DNA from: Candidatus Bathyarchaeota archaeon
GTDB taxonomy: Archaea; Thermoproteota; Bathyarchaeia; Bathyarchaeales; Bathycorpusculaceae
NCBI GenBank assembly: GCA_963702095.1
Contig: OY969706.1
Location: forward strand, 2,112,001-2,176,000
Direction: 5' to 3'
DNA length: 64,000 nucleotides
Below the pieces are notes generated by a model that saw nothing but the letters and a program-made list of their open reading frames with translations, did no database searches and was not told the DNA's origin. Below, piece after piece: positions 1 through 10,133 of this stretch. How positions within the stretch are numbered: position 1 is the first letter of the stretch; each line of letters begins with the position of its first letter. The translations under genes and the position numbers were made by a program.

Positions 1-1
1 G

Positions 2-604
2 TTGGTCATTGACCCCGTGGACGTTAAAGCAAAAAAACTAGGTAAACTCGACGCAGTTTTAATCACCCATGAACACTACGACCACCTCGACCCGCCCCTA
101 ATCATGGAAATCCAAAAACAAACCGGGTGCAAAGTAGTCGCCGACGCCGCCTCCACAAAAAAACTCGCCCACCTCCTACCCACCGATAAACTCCAAGAAA
201 TCAAACCCGGCGACCAAACCAAAATCGGCGCAGTCACCATAAAAGCAGAAAAAAGCAATCACCCCGCACAAGCCCCAGTCACCTACATCATCACAAGCAT
301 AGATGGCGTCAAAATCTATCATACCTCTGACAGCCTGCCATTCCCCGAGTTAGCGTCGATGGCGCAACAGGAACCATTCGACGTGGTCTTCTGTACCGTC
401 GGCATCGCTCCTGGCGCGACTTTCGAAACTGGTTTTGAAATCGCGCGTTTAACCAAGCCGCCGCTTGTCGTGCCCTATCATACCGCGTCGGTGCAGAGCC
501 AAACCATGTTCGAGGAACTCGTCAAACGTGACCTCCGCATGACCACCTGCTTGATTCCCCAGCAAAACAAAATCTACCAAATCACCAAGAGGCAAACCCC
601 ATGA
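2..604 (+). CDS. MBL-fold metallo-hydrolase (UlaG-like), probably 5'-partial
   Basis: THEHYDHLD motif, YHTSD, VVPYH. Confidence 0.8.
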   Translation: MVIDPVDVKAKKLGKLDAVLITHEHYDHLDPPLIMEIQKQTGCKVVADAASTKKLAHLLPTDKLQEIKPGDQTKIGAVTIKAEKSNHPAQAPVTYIITSIDGVKIYHTSDSLPFPELASMAQQEPFDVVFCTVGIAPGATFETGFEIARLTKPPLVVPYHTASVQSQTMFEELVKRDLRMTTCLIPQQNKIYQITKRQTP

Positions 605-1227
605 CACAAAAAGCAGCTTTAGACAAAAAAGAGCGCATGGCAAACATCCTCTTAAAAATCGACGCCGTCAAATTCGGCGTATACAAGCTTTCCACTGGCA
701 AAGCAAGCCCCTACTACATCGACCTCCGTGTCATCCCCAGTTTCCCCGACGCCTACAGAGAAATCTGCGACTTCTACACCCAGACCATCACCGCACAAAT
801 CGGCTTAGAAAACTTTGACCGCATTGCAGGCATCCCACTCGCCGGGCTACCCTTCGCCAGCCAAATCGCCTACAACCTCAAAAAACCCTTCCTCTACGTC
901 CGCAAAGGAATCAAACTCCAAGGACGCCAACGCCGAGTAGAAGGCATACTCATTTCAGGCGACCGCGTTCTAATTGTCGACGACTTACTCACCACCGCTG
1001 TAACACTCAAAACCGCTGTGGAAGCTGTCCGCGCAGAAGGAGGCGTAGTCACCGATGCAGTTGTGTTTTTGGATCGTGAGGAAGGGGGAAGAGAGATGCT
1101 TGAAAAAGAAGGCGTGAAATTGACTGCGCTGCTTAAGATAAGTGAAGTTGCACGTTCCCTCTACGAAATCGGTGGGTTGGACCAGGAAAGCTTGAGGACG
1201 ATTCTAAAACAGGTAAAGAAGCCGTAG
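601..1227 (+). CDS. pyrE: Orotate phosphoribosyltransferase
   Basis: KFGVYKLSTGKASPYYIDLR; PRPP motif VLIVDDLLTT. Confidence 0.92.
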   Translation: MTQKAALDKKERMANILLKIDAVKFGVYKLSTGKASPYYIDLRVIPSFPDAYREICDFYTQTITAQIGLENFDRIAGIPLAGLPFASQIAYNLKKPFLYVRKGIKLQGRQRRVEGILISGDRVLIVDDLLTTAVTLKTAVEAVRAEGGVVTDAVVFLDREEGGREMLEKEGVKLTALLKISEVARSLYEIGGLDQESLRTILKQVKKP

Positions 1228-1233
1228 TTGATT

Positions 1234-1794
1234 CTACTCGTAAAAGATCAAGCTGTATTCTTTTAGCAGCAAATGCAGTTTATCAACTGCGCCATAGACA
1301 TCTTGCTCTCTTTTGGCGCCGGTGCACACGAGTTTTCCACTGGCGAAAAGCAAAACAACCACTTTAGGTTCTTCCATGCGGTAAATTAACCCGGGAAACT
1401 GTTCAGGCTCATACATCGCGTGCCCCAACGAGTACGCGGCTTTTTCAAGGTCAATCATGCCGCCGAGTCCTCCTGAAGCAACGATGTTTTGGATTTTAAG
1501 TTCAGGTTTACTTATGATGATTATGCCGCCCTTTTTGAGTTCTTTAACCACTTTCATCACGGCGCGTTTGGCTTCTTTTTCAGATTTTGCGCCTGTGCAG
1601 ACCATTTTGCCAGAATTAAAGATTAAAGTGGCGGTTTTTGGGCGTTTGAGGCGGAAAACTAAACCGGGGAACTGTTCTGGGTGGTATTCGACGCCGGGGT
1701 AGCCTTTTACAACAGAGTTGAGGTCGACTTTCTGGTTAAGTGTTGCCGAAGCGACCACGTTCTCTATGCTTATCGAGGCTTTACCTTCTGGCAA
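1234..1794 (-). CDS. tbp: TATA-box binding protein
   Basis: Two repeats of NVVASA / Y.PEQFPGL / LIF.SGK.VCTGAK. Confidence 0.98.
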   Translation of the reverse strand: MPEGKASISIENVVASATLNQKVDLNSVVKGYPGVEYHPEQFPGLVFRLKRPKTATLIFNSGKMVCTGAKSEKEAKRAVMKVVKELKKGGIIIISKPELKIQNIVASGGLGGMIDLEKAAYSLGHAMYEPEQFPGLIYRMEEPKVVVLLFASGKLVCTGAKREQDVYGAVDKLHLLLKEYSLIFYE

Positions 1795-1859
1795 TAAATT
1801 CTCCCCTGCTATACCCGCTGTTAAGTATTCTTATTCCATATCTTTGTTAATAAATACAT

Positions 1860-2545
1860 CTATACCTGTATGCCTTCATGTTTTTGTTGTTGCTCAAGCC
1901 CCTTCTTCTTTTTGGCTTTTGTAATCGGCAAAATAAACTGCAAAATAATAATCAGGACTATAACGCCGACCACTGTAGGGAGAAACCAAGAGTTGGCGTT
2001 CATAAACAGAGTTATCCAGCCAAGATAGGGTATCCGCATAACTACTCTGCCCAACACCTGATCCTGTGATACTCCTTGTCCCGTAGTCCAGAGAGTGTTA
2101 GAGTCGTATTGGGAAGAATTCACTGAGTTGGCCAAGGTATACAGTTACCGTCGCCTTTAGTTTGAAAATACAGTGTGCCGTTGATAGTGTACTCTGCGAC
2201 TATGCGATGGACAATCGGGGTGGCTTTTAAATTGCCCATTACGGCGGGGTTCTGGTAAACGATTATGTCACTGTTTGGGTAATTGGCGTTGAGGTCTTTT
2301 GGGTCTACTTGTTGGATTATGATTACGTCCCCGACATGCAGGGTTGGTTCAAAAGGGTGGCTCCAACCGTCACATCCATCAGTATTGGTGCACATGCTTC
2401 CGCTTTCCACCACACGGATGGGCACTGAAGTCCCAAGCACCAGTCCTAAAGCCAAAAAAGAAGCGATCACAATGGCGATGACCAAGACGAGTGTGACCAG
2501 GACTGTGAAGGAATCGCTTTTTAGGAACTTGCGTAGTTGGGGCAC
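1860..2545 (-). CDS. sec11: Signal peptidase I (Sec11-type), split by a 1-nt frameshift near 2125
   Basis: VVESGSM, PTLHVGD, IVHRI, TKGDGN in the first ORF; RIPYLGW plus TM in the second; one extra C restores WPTPVNSS. Confidence 0.85.
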
Positions 2546-2658
2546 TTTTTGGGTTCACCGAAGATAAATATCCTTGTTTATCTGGGGGTTTAAAACTACC
2601 GCTCCTAAAAAAGAAAAAATAGAGTGCTCTAGAGAATGGCACTTTAACAGATGGGGGT

Positions 2659-2829
2659 TTAGATTTTCTGTTTACTTAACACTTCACGGAACACGTTGCC
2701 GCATTTGGGGCATTCATAAAGGCCGATTTCTAGTTGCATGCGTTTACCCGCTTTGTCTGGGCGGCCTGCCATTTTCCATGTTTTCTTTGGTTGTGCAACG
2801 TCGGTTCCACATTTTGGACATTTTGCCAT
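2659..2829 (-). CDS. Cren7-like small chromatin protein with zinc-ribbon cysteines (56 aa; not in ORF track)
   Basis: Hand translation MAKCPKCGTDVAQPKKTWKMAGRPDKAGKRMQLEIGLYECPKCGNVFREVLSKQKI; P.K.W...IGL(F/Y)..P..G..FR pattern of Cren7. Confidence 0.78.
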   Translation of the reverse strand: MAKCPKCGTDVAQPKKTWKMAGRPDKAGKRMQLEIGLYECPKCGNVFREVLSKQKI

Positions 2830-3147
2830 AAGTCGTTTATCTCCGTGTTATCGCTTTGAAGGCATTCGCCTGATTGGATAAAAAAGTTTCCATAGTATTC
2901 TCATAGATAATGGGTTTTGCTTCATAGAAATTAGACATCTTTATGTTTACGCCATGGAAAGCCGATAAAGGAAATGTCGAAAACGCCGATGCGATCATGG
3001 GCGATTCATCAGGAACAGAGTCAATAAATCAGGCAAACCTCAAAAACATATTGCCAAATTATGCTCGTAAACGGTGCATATGCGCCCTAACATTTTTTAT
3101 AGCACAACACAGGCTTATGTTCTAATCAGTTCGAGGTTCAATTTGTA

Positions 3148-6024
3148 TTGCAGGCAACATTGGAAACCGCTTTTGAAATGCTTGTAAAGCCAGTGCGACG
3201 GCTAGTTGAGCAGAAGGGATTCTCTAAACCCACCGAGCCCCAAGAAAAAGTGATACCTAAAATCCTCGACGGCAAAAACGTGCTGTTAATCTCTCCAACC
3301 GCCACAGGCAAAACCGAAGCTGCTTTTCTGCCTGTGCTTAGCATGCTTTTGCAGCAACCCAAGACTCCGGGCATAAAAGTGCTCTACATCACGCCGCTGC
3401 GGGCACTTAACCGGGACCTAATGGAGCGGCTGCAATGGTGGTGCAACAACCTCGACATAAAACTGGCAGTGCGCCACGGCGACACCGAGCAGAAGGAGCG
3501 CACACGCCAAAGCCAATGCCCCCCAGACATCCTCATAACTACACCTGAAACCCTCCAAGCCATACTCTCCGGTTGGCTGTTGCGGCAGCATCTTCAAGCC
3601 CTCAAATGGGTTGTCATTGATGAGGTGCATGAGTTAGCGGATACTAAACGGGGTAGTCAGCTGTCGCTGGCGCTTGAACGCATCCGCGGTTTAATCGGCA
3701 GAGAATTCCAAACCGTAGGCTTATCCGCCACTGTGGGTAGCCCCGAAAAAGTCGCGCAGTTCCTCGTTGGCAGCCAGCGCCCTGTCGAGATCGTGCGGGT
3801 GTCAGTGGCTAAGATGGTGAAGCTGCAGGTGATTTATCCTAAACCCACCGAAGAGGATGTGCAGTTTGCAGGCAAAATCTATACGCACCCCGAAGTGGCG
3901 GCTAGGTTAAGGATTATCCGCGATTATATGTCTAAGCGTAAATCGGTTTTGCTTTTTACTAATACGCGTTCTGTCAGTGAGGTTTTGGCTTCGCGTTTCA
4001 AGGTTTGGGATGTTGATTTCCCGATTTCTATTCATCATGGTTCTTTGGCGAAGCCCAGCCGCATCGCCGCTGAAACGGGGCTCAGACGCGGGGACCTCAA
4101 GGGGTTAATCGCCACCAGCAGCCTCGAATTGGGCATCGACGTTGGACACATCGACTTGGTCATTCAATATATGAGTCCAAGGCAGGTGTCTAGACTTATT
4201 CAGCGTGTGGGCAGGGCAGGGCACACCTACGGCAACCTATCTGAGGGCTTAATCATTGGCATGGACTCCGATGACACACTTGAAGCGCTGGTTATTGCCA
4301 GACGGGCATTACAGGAGCAACTCGAACCCATCGCAATACCCGACAAACCCTATGATGTGTTGACTCATCAAATCGCTGGGTTACTGCTCAAAAACAGGCG
4401 CCTGACCTTCCAAGAAATCCTTGACATATGCAGAAAAGCTGCCCCATTTCAGAACCTAACCATCGCCGATATAGAAAAAATCATCAAGTACATGCATGGA
4501 CGCTTTCCACGTTTGGCATGGGCATCCATCGAAGACCAAGTGGTCCTAAAACCCCAACGTACCAAAGCACTCTTCGAATACTATTTTGACAATCTCTCCA
4601 TGATTCCGGAGGAGAAACAGTTTTTAGTTATCGATGAAACCTCGGATTCATCCATAGGCGTCCTCGACGAGGCGTTTATGGCTGAATATGGGAAACCAGG
4701 CACCAAATTCATCATTCGCGGCAGTCCATGGCAAATCATCCATGCCACCGAAGAAAAAGTTTACGTGCGCCCAGTCGACGACCCCACAGGCAGCATACCT
4801 AGCTGGATAGGCGAAGAAATCCCCGTGCCCTATGAAGTGGCGCAGGAACTCGCGGAGATCCGGGGCTTCGTGGAAGAGGAAACCCACCGTGGCTGTTCGC
4901 CCCAACAGATTAGCGAGTCACTTTCACAGCGTTACCCCGCTGACCCAGAGAACATTTTGCATGCGCTCGCAGAGACCGTGGAGCAGGTGCACAGCGGTTT
5001 CCCAGTGCCTACGCCACAGCGGATTGTGGTTGAAGACTGGGGAGAATTCATAATTGTCCACTCTAACTTTGGCTCACTGACCAATAGGGCTTTGGCGCAG
5101 CTTCTGGGGCAGGTACTCTCCGATAAGTTCGGCCGCGGCATAGTCGTGCAGCATGACCCCTACCGCATATTTGTGCAGACCATGGGCACCATGACTGCCG
5201 ACCGCCTCGTCGAAGTCCTAAAAGAAATCAAAGCCCTCCCCGAACAAGTCATCCGCAGCACCCTGACAATGTCAACGGTGAAGACAGGCTTATTCAAACG
5301 TCGAGTCATACAGGTCGCCCGCCGCTTCGGAGCGCTCAAGAAGTGGGCTGACTTCGGCAACATCAGTTTACAAAAACTGATCAGCAGTTTCGAGGGCACC
5401 CCCATCTATGAGGAGGGCCTCAAAGAGGTTTTCAGCAAAGACCTTGACGCCGACGGCTTAGTCATGGTTCTTGGGCGCCTCCGCGATGGTAACGTGCGGT
5501 TGCAGGTGGTGGATACAGGCGGCAACGCGACGCCAGTGGCACGTGTCGGCATTGAACGGGTCAGCATGAAAACCGACCTTATCCCGCCTGAACAGATGCG
5601 TGCCGTCTTGGTTGAATCTGCCAAAGCACGCTTACTTAACGAAACAGGCAACTTTGTATGCACTGCCTGCTGGGATTACATGCAACTAATCCGCATAAAA
5701 GACCTTCCCGACAAGCCCAAGTGCCCCAACTGCGGTTCCGCAGCCATCGGATTGCTAAAGGTTGAAGAGGAAAAAGCCATGGGCTTGCTTGAAAAGAAAG
5801 GGGAACACTTAGCTAAAAATGAGGAGCGAATGCGCAGCCATGCCAAACAGACCGCGGAGTTAATCGAGCGGTATGGCAAGGTGGCGGCGGTTGGTTTGAG
5901 TGCAAGGCGTGTTTCGGCAGCGGATATTTTGGGTGTTTTAGAGAAGGAACCGAAGCTTTCAGACAAGTTTTACGAGTTGGTTTTGGAAGCTGAGCGTAAG
6001 GCATTGAGCAGACGTTTCAGGTAA
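3148..6024 (+). CDS. lhr: Lhr-family SF2 helicase with C-terminal zinc finger
   Basis: PTATGKT, YITPLRALNRD, DEVH, HHGSL, ATSSLELGIDVG, QRVGRAGH; CxxC...CPNCG near the C-terminus. Confidence 0.93.
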   Translation: MQATLETAFEMLVKPVRRLVEQKGFSKPTEPQEKVIPKILDGKNVLLISPTATGKTEAAFLPVLSMLLQQPKTPGIKVLYITPLRALNRDLMERLQWWCNNLDIKLAVRHGDTEQKERTRQSQCPPDILITTPETLQAILSGWLLRQHLQALKWVVIDEVHELADTKRGSQLSLALERIRGLIGREFQTVGLSATVGSPEKVAQFLVGSQRPVEIVRVSVAKMVKLQVIYPKPTEEDVQFAGKIYTHPEVAARLRIIRDYMSKRKSVLLFTNTRSVSEVLASRFKVWDVDFPISIHHGSLAKPSRIAAETGLRRGDLKGLIATSSLELGIDVGHIDLVIQYMSPRQVSRLIQRVGRAGHTYGNLSEGLIIGMDSDDTLEALVIARRALQEQLEPIAIPDKPYDVLTHQIAGLLLKNRRLTFQEILDICRKAAPFQNLTIADIEKIIKYMHGRFPRLAWASIEDQVVLKPQRTKALFEYYFDNLSMIPEEKQFLVIDETSDSSIGVLDEAFMAEYGKPGTKFIIRGSPWQIIHATEEKVYVRPVDDPTGSIPSWIGEEIPVPYEVAQELAEIRGFVEEETHRGCSPQQISESLSQRYPADPENILHALAETVEQVHSGFPVPTPQRIVVEDWGEFIIVHSNFGSLTNRALAQLLGQVLSDKFGRGIVVQHDPYRIFVQTMGTMTADRLVEVLKEIKALPEQVIRSTLTMSTVKTGLFKRRVIQVARRFGALKKWADFGNISLQKLISSFEGTPIYEEGLKEVFSKDLDADGLVMVLGRLRDGNVRLQVVDTGGNATPVARVGIERVSMKTDLIPPEQMRAVLVESAKARLLNETGNFVCTACWDYMQLIRIKDLPDKPKCPNCGSAAIGLLKVEEEKAMGLLEKKGEHLAKNEERMRSHAKQTAELIERYGKVAAVGLSARRVSAADILGVLEKEPKLSDKFYELVLEAERKALSRRFR

Positions 6025-6049
6025 TGTTGCTTGGAGCCTAAACGATTCG

Positions 6050-6207
6050 TTAGGGATCAAAATTTGGGCTTTTTTTATTTTTATTATTAGATGAAGGCAG
6101 AGTCGCCCTTACTCATCTTCTTCTCGAGGCTTTTAGGGTGGTTTGTTTTTTGTGTTCGGGCTTGAAGTGGCGTTGCTGGCTGGTTGTGGAGACTTTCTCA
6201 AGCAGAC
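6050..6207 (+). repeat. Dispersed structured element family A, copy 1
   Basis: Shares GCCCTTACTCATCTTCTT, TTTTGTGTTC, GTTGCTGGCTGGTTGTGG and a CAAGCAGA-type end with the reverse complements of the copies at 14.4 and 25.2 kb. Confidence 0.85.
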
Positions 6208-6272
6208 AGCAAACTTTGGAGCCACCATTAAACGCTAAAAGGGAGAGCCAAGTATTTTGGAAGCCTCCGTTC

Positions 6273-7055
6273 CTATGTTTTGCCACTCAAATTCCACTCT
6301 TTGGTCGTGTATTTTTCTTTATAGAGCTTGTTCGCCATCTCTTTTTCTTCGGCTATAAGCTCGCCCACTTCCAACTGTATTTTAAGCATGATACGGAAGC
6401 CCTGAGCTAAGGCGTTGGCGACTGTGTCGGGGCTGATTCTGTGCCCCAATTCAGCTTCGAGGCTGGTGATTTTGCGTTTGGCGATGTCGGCGGCTTGGAT
6501 GCAACTGGCTCCTTTGAGTTGGAGCAGCTGGAACATTTTCGGCAAATCCACGCTCCGTAACAAGGTGCCGTGTTGGAGGACGACGCCGTGGGTGATGGTT
6601 TGGCTGCTGCCGCTGATTTTTTTGCCGTTGACGGTAAGGTTTGGGCAGTTTTTTGCGTCTCCACTGCTAAAGTCTGAGCCTGAGCCCAAAATCCGCAGGG
6701 CATCTCTTACGGCACCGTAGATTTTGGTGTAGACGGCGGTTATGTCGGCGCCTCCTAAATCGGCGGTTTTGGCGACGACTGCGTAGGTGACTTCGCCTTC
6801 GCTGTCATGGTAGACGGTGCCTCCGCCGCTGATACGCCGAACCACATCCACGCCCAACTGCTTTGCCGCGTCGAGGTAGACTTCCGCTTCGGGGTTCTGG
6901 TTTCTGCCCACGCTGACCGCGGAGGGTTGCCAGCGGTAGAGCCTAAGCGTGTTGGGGGCTTTGTCGGCGATGCGGGCTTGGAGGATGGCTTCGTCGATTG
7001 CCATGTTCAATGCGGCATCGTTGGTTGAGAGGGGGAGGTAGCGCCATGTATCCAT
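6273..7055 (-). CDS. lplA: Lipoate-protein ligase A family (catalytic domain)
   Basis: NMAIDEAIL, RRISGGGTVYHD, KKISGSSQ, LQHGTLL. Confidence 0.9.
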   Translation of the reverse strand: MDTWRYLPLSTNDAALNMAIDEAILQARIADKAPNTLRLYRWQPSAVSVGRNQNPEAEVYLDAAKQLGVDVVRRISGGGTVYHDSEGEVTYAVVAKTADLGGADITAVYTKIYGAVRDALRILGSGSDFSSGDAKNCPNLTVNGKKISGSSQTITHGVVLQHGTLLRSVDLPKMFQLLQLKGASCIQAADIAKRKITSLEAELGHRISPDTVANALAQGFRIMLKIQLEVGELIAEEKEMANKLYKEKYTTKEWNLSGKT

Positions 7056-7103
7056 AGGGTTCACTATGGAGATTACCACTTAGTTCAACGTTAAAAGCGT
7101 AGC

Positions 7104-7598
7104 CTACTGCCCCTGCTGTTTTACGCGGGCGTTGATGGCTGTAATGTTTTCGTCAACGATTTCCAGCCACTGCTTGTTCTGAGCGGAGTCCAGGCCTTTG
7201 TCGGTGAAAATTTGTTTTGCCCGCATAAGCGCCTCCACTGCTGCGGGTAAGCATCCGAGCGCCGCCAATGCAGTGCCCTGATTCACCTGCGCCATCAACC
7301 ACCTGCCCACATCCGCTGGGTACTTGTCGCCGCATTGATCGTAGAAAACCAACGCCTTATTCGCCGCTGCGAAGCTCTCCAGATGCCTCTCCAACCGCCC
7401 CAACGCACCAGACAAACCCGCATAGCACGAAGCCTCAAAGCGACGGCGGTCAAACTCCGTGGTTTCTGGCAGGGACTGGCAAAGCCGCAATGCCTTGTTG
7501 TAGCATTCAACCGAACCCTCATAGTTACCCTCATGGAAAAGCCGATCGGCGTCTCTGTAAGCGTTCTGCATGTCCCTGATTACATGAGCCATTTTCAT
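7104..7598 (-). CDS. TPR-like protein (DUF3856-like)
   Basis: Helical repeats; FDRRRFEASCYAGLSGAL...AANKAL pattern recalls the Chlorobium TPR-like DUF3856 family. Confidence 0.6.
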   Translation of the reverse strand: MKMAHVIRDMQNAYRDADRLFHEGNYEGSVECYNKALRLCQSLPETTEFDRRRFEASCYAGLSGALGRLERHLESFAAANKALVFYDQCGDKYPADVGRWLMAQVNQGTALAALGCLPAAVEALMRAKQIFTDKGLDSAQNKQWLEIVDENITAINARVKQQGQ

Positions 7599-7715
7599 TA
7601 CTTAATCATGAAGGTTAGTTGCATACCGATTTTATCAATCTTTGTTAACGGCATTAGTACCAACTTTGGATACCTTCTTATTCAACCTGCAGCGTAAGGT
7701 TCTGTAGGTTGTAAG

Positions 7716-7958
7716 ATGGTAGCACGGAAATTTACTGTATTGCTGGAACCCGCAGAAGAGGGCGGCTTTATAGTTAAATCTGTGGAGCTCCCCGTTGCTT
7801 CGGAAGGCGAAACCAAAGATGAAGCCTTGAGCAATATCAAAGAAGCCATCGAGGGTTACCTTGAAGTTAAGGCTAAACTTCTTAACCGCAAAACCAAAGC
7901 TGAAAAGGCTGAAGTTGTTGTCGAAGCTCCCTCTGCTCTCATGGCGTGTTACCGTTAA
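7716..7958 (+). CDS. hicB: HicB-family antitoxin
   Basis: FTVLLEPAEEGGF...SEGETKDEALSNIKEAIEGYLE. Confidence 0.85.
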   Translation: MVARKFTVLLEPAEEGGFIVKSVELPVASEGETKDEALSNIKEAIEGYLEVKAKLLNRKTKAEKAEVVVEAPSALMACYR

Positions 7959-8133
7959 GGCACTTTCAAAGCTGGCTTTGAGGTTGCAAGGCAGAAAGGC
8001 AGCCATTTAATTCTTGTGAAAGGAGAGCGTATTGTGCCTGTTCCGAAACATGAGCAAATCAAGAAGGGAGTGCTCTTGGCAATTATTGAAGAGGCAGAGC
8101 TAACGAAAGAGGAATATAGAGCTGCTAAAGTAA
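7918..8133 (+). pseudogene. hicA: HicA-family toxin, frameshifted (not in ORF track)
   Basis: TTG start MSKLPLLSWRVTVKALS, shift near 7969, then AGFEVARQKGSHLILVKGERIVPVPKHEQIKKGVLLAIIEEAELTKEE; a probable second shift near 8115 gives IELLK*. Confidence 0.78.
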
Positions 8134-8184
8134 CTTGCAAAGGTACGAAGATAAAACCTTAAAACCTGAACCTGCATCACTAAA

Positions 8185-9084
8185 TTGCGAGAGGAAACAG
8201 ATTTGAAAATAGTCTCCGGTCCCGCGTCCAAGCCCTTGGCTGAAGCTGTTTCAGCCCAAAGCGGCATCCCAAACGTTCCAGTCATCTCCAAAATTTTCCC
8301 TGACGGCGAATCCTACGTGCGCTTAGACGGCGACGTAAAGGGCGAAGAAGTCGCCATCATCCAAACCACCTGTCCCCCAGCCCAAGACGGCAGGCTGTTC
8401 CAACTGGCGTTTTTAGCTGACTGTGCTAAGCGGGCGGGCGCCGCCAAAGTCACCGCAGTCGTCCCCTACCTCGCCTACGCACGGCAGGACAAAACCTTCC
8501 TCGCAGGCGAAGGCATAAGCGTTGAAACTGTTGCTCGCATGCTTAAAGGCGCCGGTATCGACGAATTCCTCACCGTAAACATCCACTCCGAGCACTCGTT
8601 GGCGCAGTTTCCTTTTCCTGCACGGACAGCGAGTGCCATCCCGCTCATCGCAGACTATTTCGTCAACAAGGGCTACAAGGGAGCCTACGCCCTCTCCCCC
8701 GACAAAGGCGCCATGTACATCGCAGAGCAGGCGCAGGCAGTGTTGGGCGGCGACGCAGGGCACCTAAACAAAACCCGCGACCGCTACACCGGACAAACCG
8801 TGCAGACCGCTGAGGGCTTAAACGTCAAAGACCAAACCGTCATCATTCTCGACGACATCATCAGCACAGGCGGCACCATAGTCGGCGCAGCAAAAATCCT
8901 CCGCGAACAAGGCGCCAAACACGTATTCTGCGGCTGCGTGCACGGCTTGCTCATCGGCGACGCAGAGAAACGCATCCTCGACGCGGGCGTGGAGGAAATC
9001 GTGGGGACCGACAGCGTACCCTCAAACATCAGCAAAGTGTCTTTGGCGCCGCTGATTAGCCGAGAACTTAAAGGGGCAAAGTAG
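8185..9084 (+). CDS. prs: Ribose-phosphate pyrophosphokinase
   Basis: FPDGESYVR, PYLAYARQD, SPDKGA, ILDDIISTGGT. Confidence 0.95.
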   Translation: MREETDLKIVSGPASKPLAEAVSAQSGIPNVPVISKIFPDGESYVRLDGDVKGEEVAIIQTTCPPAQDGRLFQLAFLADCAKRAGAAKVTAVVPYLAYARQDKTFLAGEGISVETVARMLKGAGIDEFLTVNIHSEHSLAQFPFPARTASAIPLIADYFVNKGYKGAYALSPDKGAMYIAEQAQAVLGGDAGHLNKTRDRYTGQTVQTAEGLNVKDQTVIILDDIISTGGTIVGAAKILREQGAKHVFCGCVHGLLIGDAEKRILDAGVEEIVGTDSVPSNISKVSLAPLISRELKGAK

Positions 9085-10133
9085 TGCCTAAACTCTTCTT
9101 TTTACTCTCCGGCGAAAACTCGACGTTGCCAGCGGCTGAAGTTGTGGCGATTCTGGAATCCGAAGGATACCCCTACAGCAACCCAGAGGAATTCGACCAG
9201 ATTCTGCGGCTCGACGCATCGGTGGAAAGCGTCAGGGCAGTGCAGATTCGCTCGGCTTACACGCGGGTCTGCGCACAGGAACTCTTCGTCACCGAAGCAA
9301 CTTACGCCGCTATTGCCCAAGCCGCCGCCAAAGTTGATTTTTCCGCGGTAATCCAGCCGGGCGAAAGCTTTGTGGTGCGCATCAACCGCATCAAAAACTA
9401 TGCTGACGCCGACATCAACACGATGCAACTGGAGATTAAGCTGGGCGAGCAAATCCTGCAGCAAACAGAGGGCGCCACAGTCAACCTCAAAAACCCAGAC
9501 AAAACCCTAATCGGCATAATCACCAACAACAAACTCATCTTGGGCTTAAAACTCACCGACATAACCAGCAAAACCTTCTCGGAACGTCGTCCCCGCAAAA
9601 AACCGTTTTTCCACCCGTCGGCGATGCCGTCGAAGATGGCGCGGTGCATGGTCAACCTATCGCATGCCAAAGCCGAGTCGGTGCTTCTCGACCCCTTCTG
9701 CGGCACAGGCACCTCACTCATCGAAGCCACTTTCATCGGCTGCCGAGCCGTCGGCGTTGATGCGCAGAGGCGGATGATTTTGGGTACCAGAAAAAACCTT
9801 GCCTACTTCCACATCCACGCCGAAGGGCTGCTGCTAGCGGATTCCCGCAAAATCCCGCTCTTTAAAGTCGACGCAGTCGTCACTGACCCACCGTATGGGC
9901 GCTCGTCGAGCACGCTCAAATCAACGACGATTCAGTTGGTGCAGGATGTTTTGGCAGCCTCCTATGCGCTGCTCAGTGTGGGGCAACGAATTTGTATAGC
10001 CGCGCCCAAAACATTAGACATATCCCGCCTCGGCGCCCAATCCGGGTTTAGACATGTTGAATCCCACTTCGCCTATGTCCACCAGACGCTGACAAGGGAA
10101 ATCGCGGTGTTTGAAAAGGTGCAGAAGCCATGA
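9084..10133 (+). CDS. trm11: tRNA (guanine10-N2)-methyltransferase Trm11/TrmG10 (THUMP + MTase)
   Basis: LSGENSTLPAAEV, RKKPFFHPSAM, LDPFCGTGT, TDPPYGR. Confidence 0.88.
   Translation: MPKLFFLLSGENSTLPAAEVVAILESEGYPYSNPEEFDQILRLDASVESVRAVQIRSAYTRVCAQELFVTEATYAAIAQAAAKVDFSAVIQPGESFVVRINRIKNYADADINTMQLEIKLGEQILQQTEGATVNLKNPDKTLIGIITNNKLILGLKLTDITSKTFSERRPRKKPFFHPSAMPSKMARCMVNLSHAKAESVLLDPFCGTGTSLIEATFIGCRAVGVDAQRRMILGTRKNLAYFHIHAEGLLLADSRKIPLFKVDAVVTDPPYGRSSSTLKSTTIQLVQDVLAASYALLSVGQRICIAAPKTLDISRLGAQSGFRHVESHFAYVHQTLTREIAVFEKVQKP

Noticed and set aside
2574-3125. ORFs 2574-2831 (+) and 2943-3125 (+)
   Set aside because: The first is antisense to the Cren7-like gene; the second has no supporting features.
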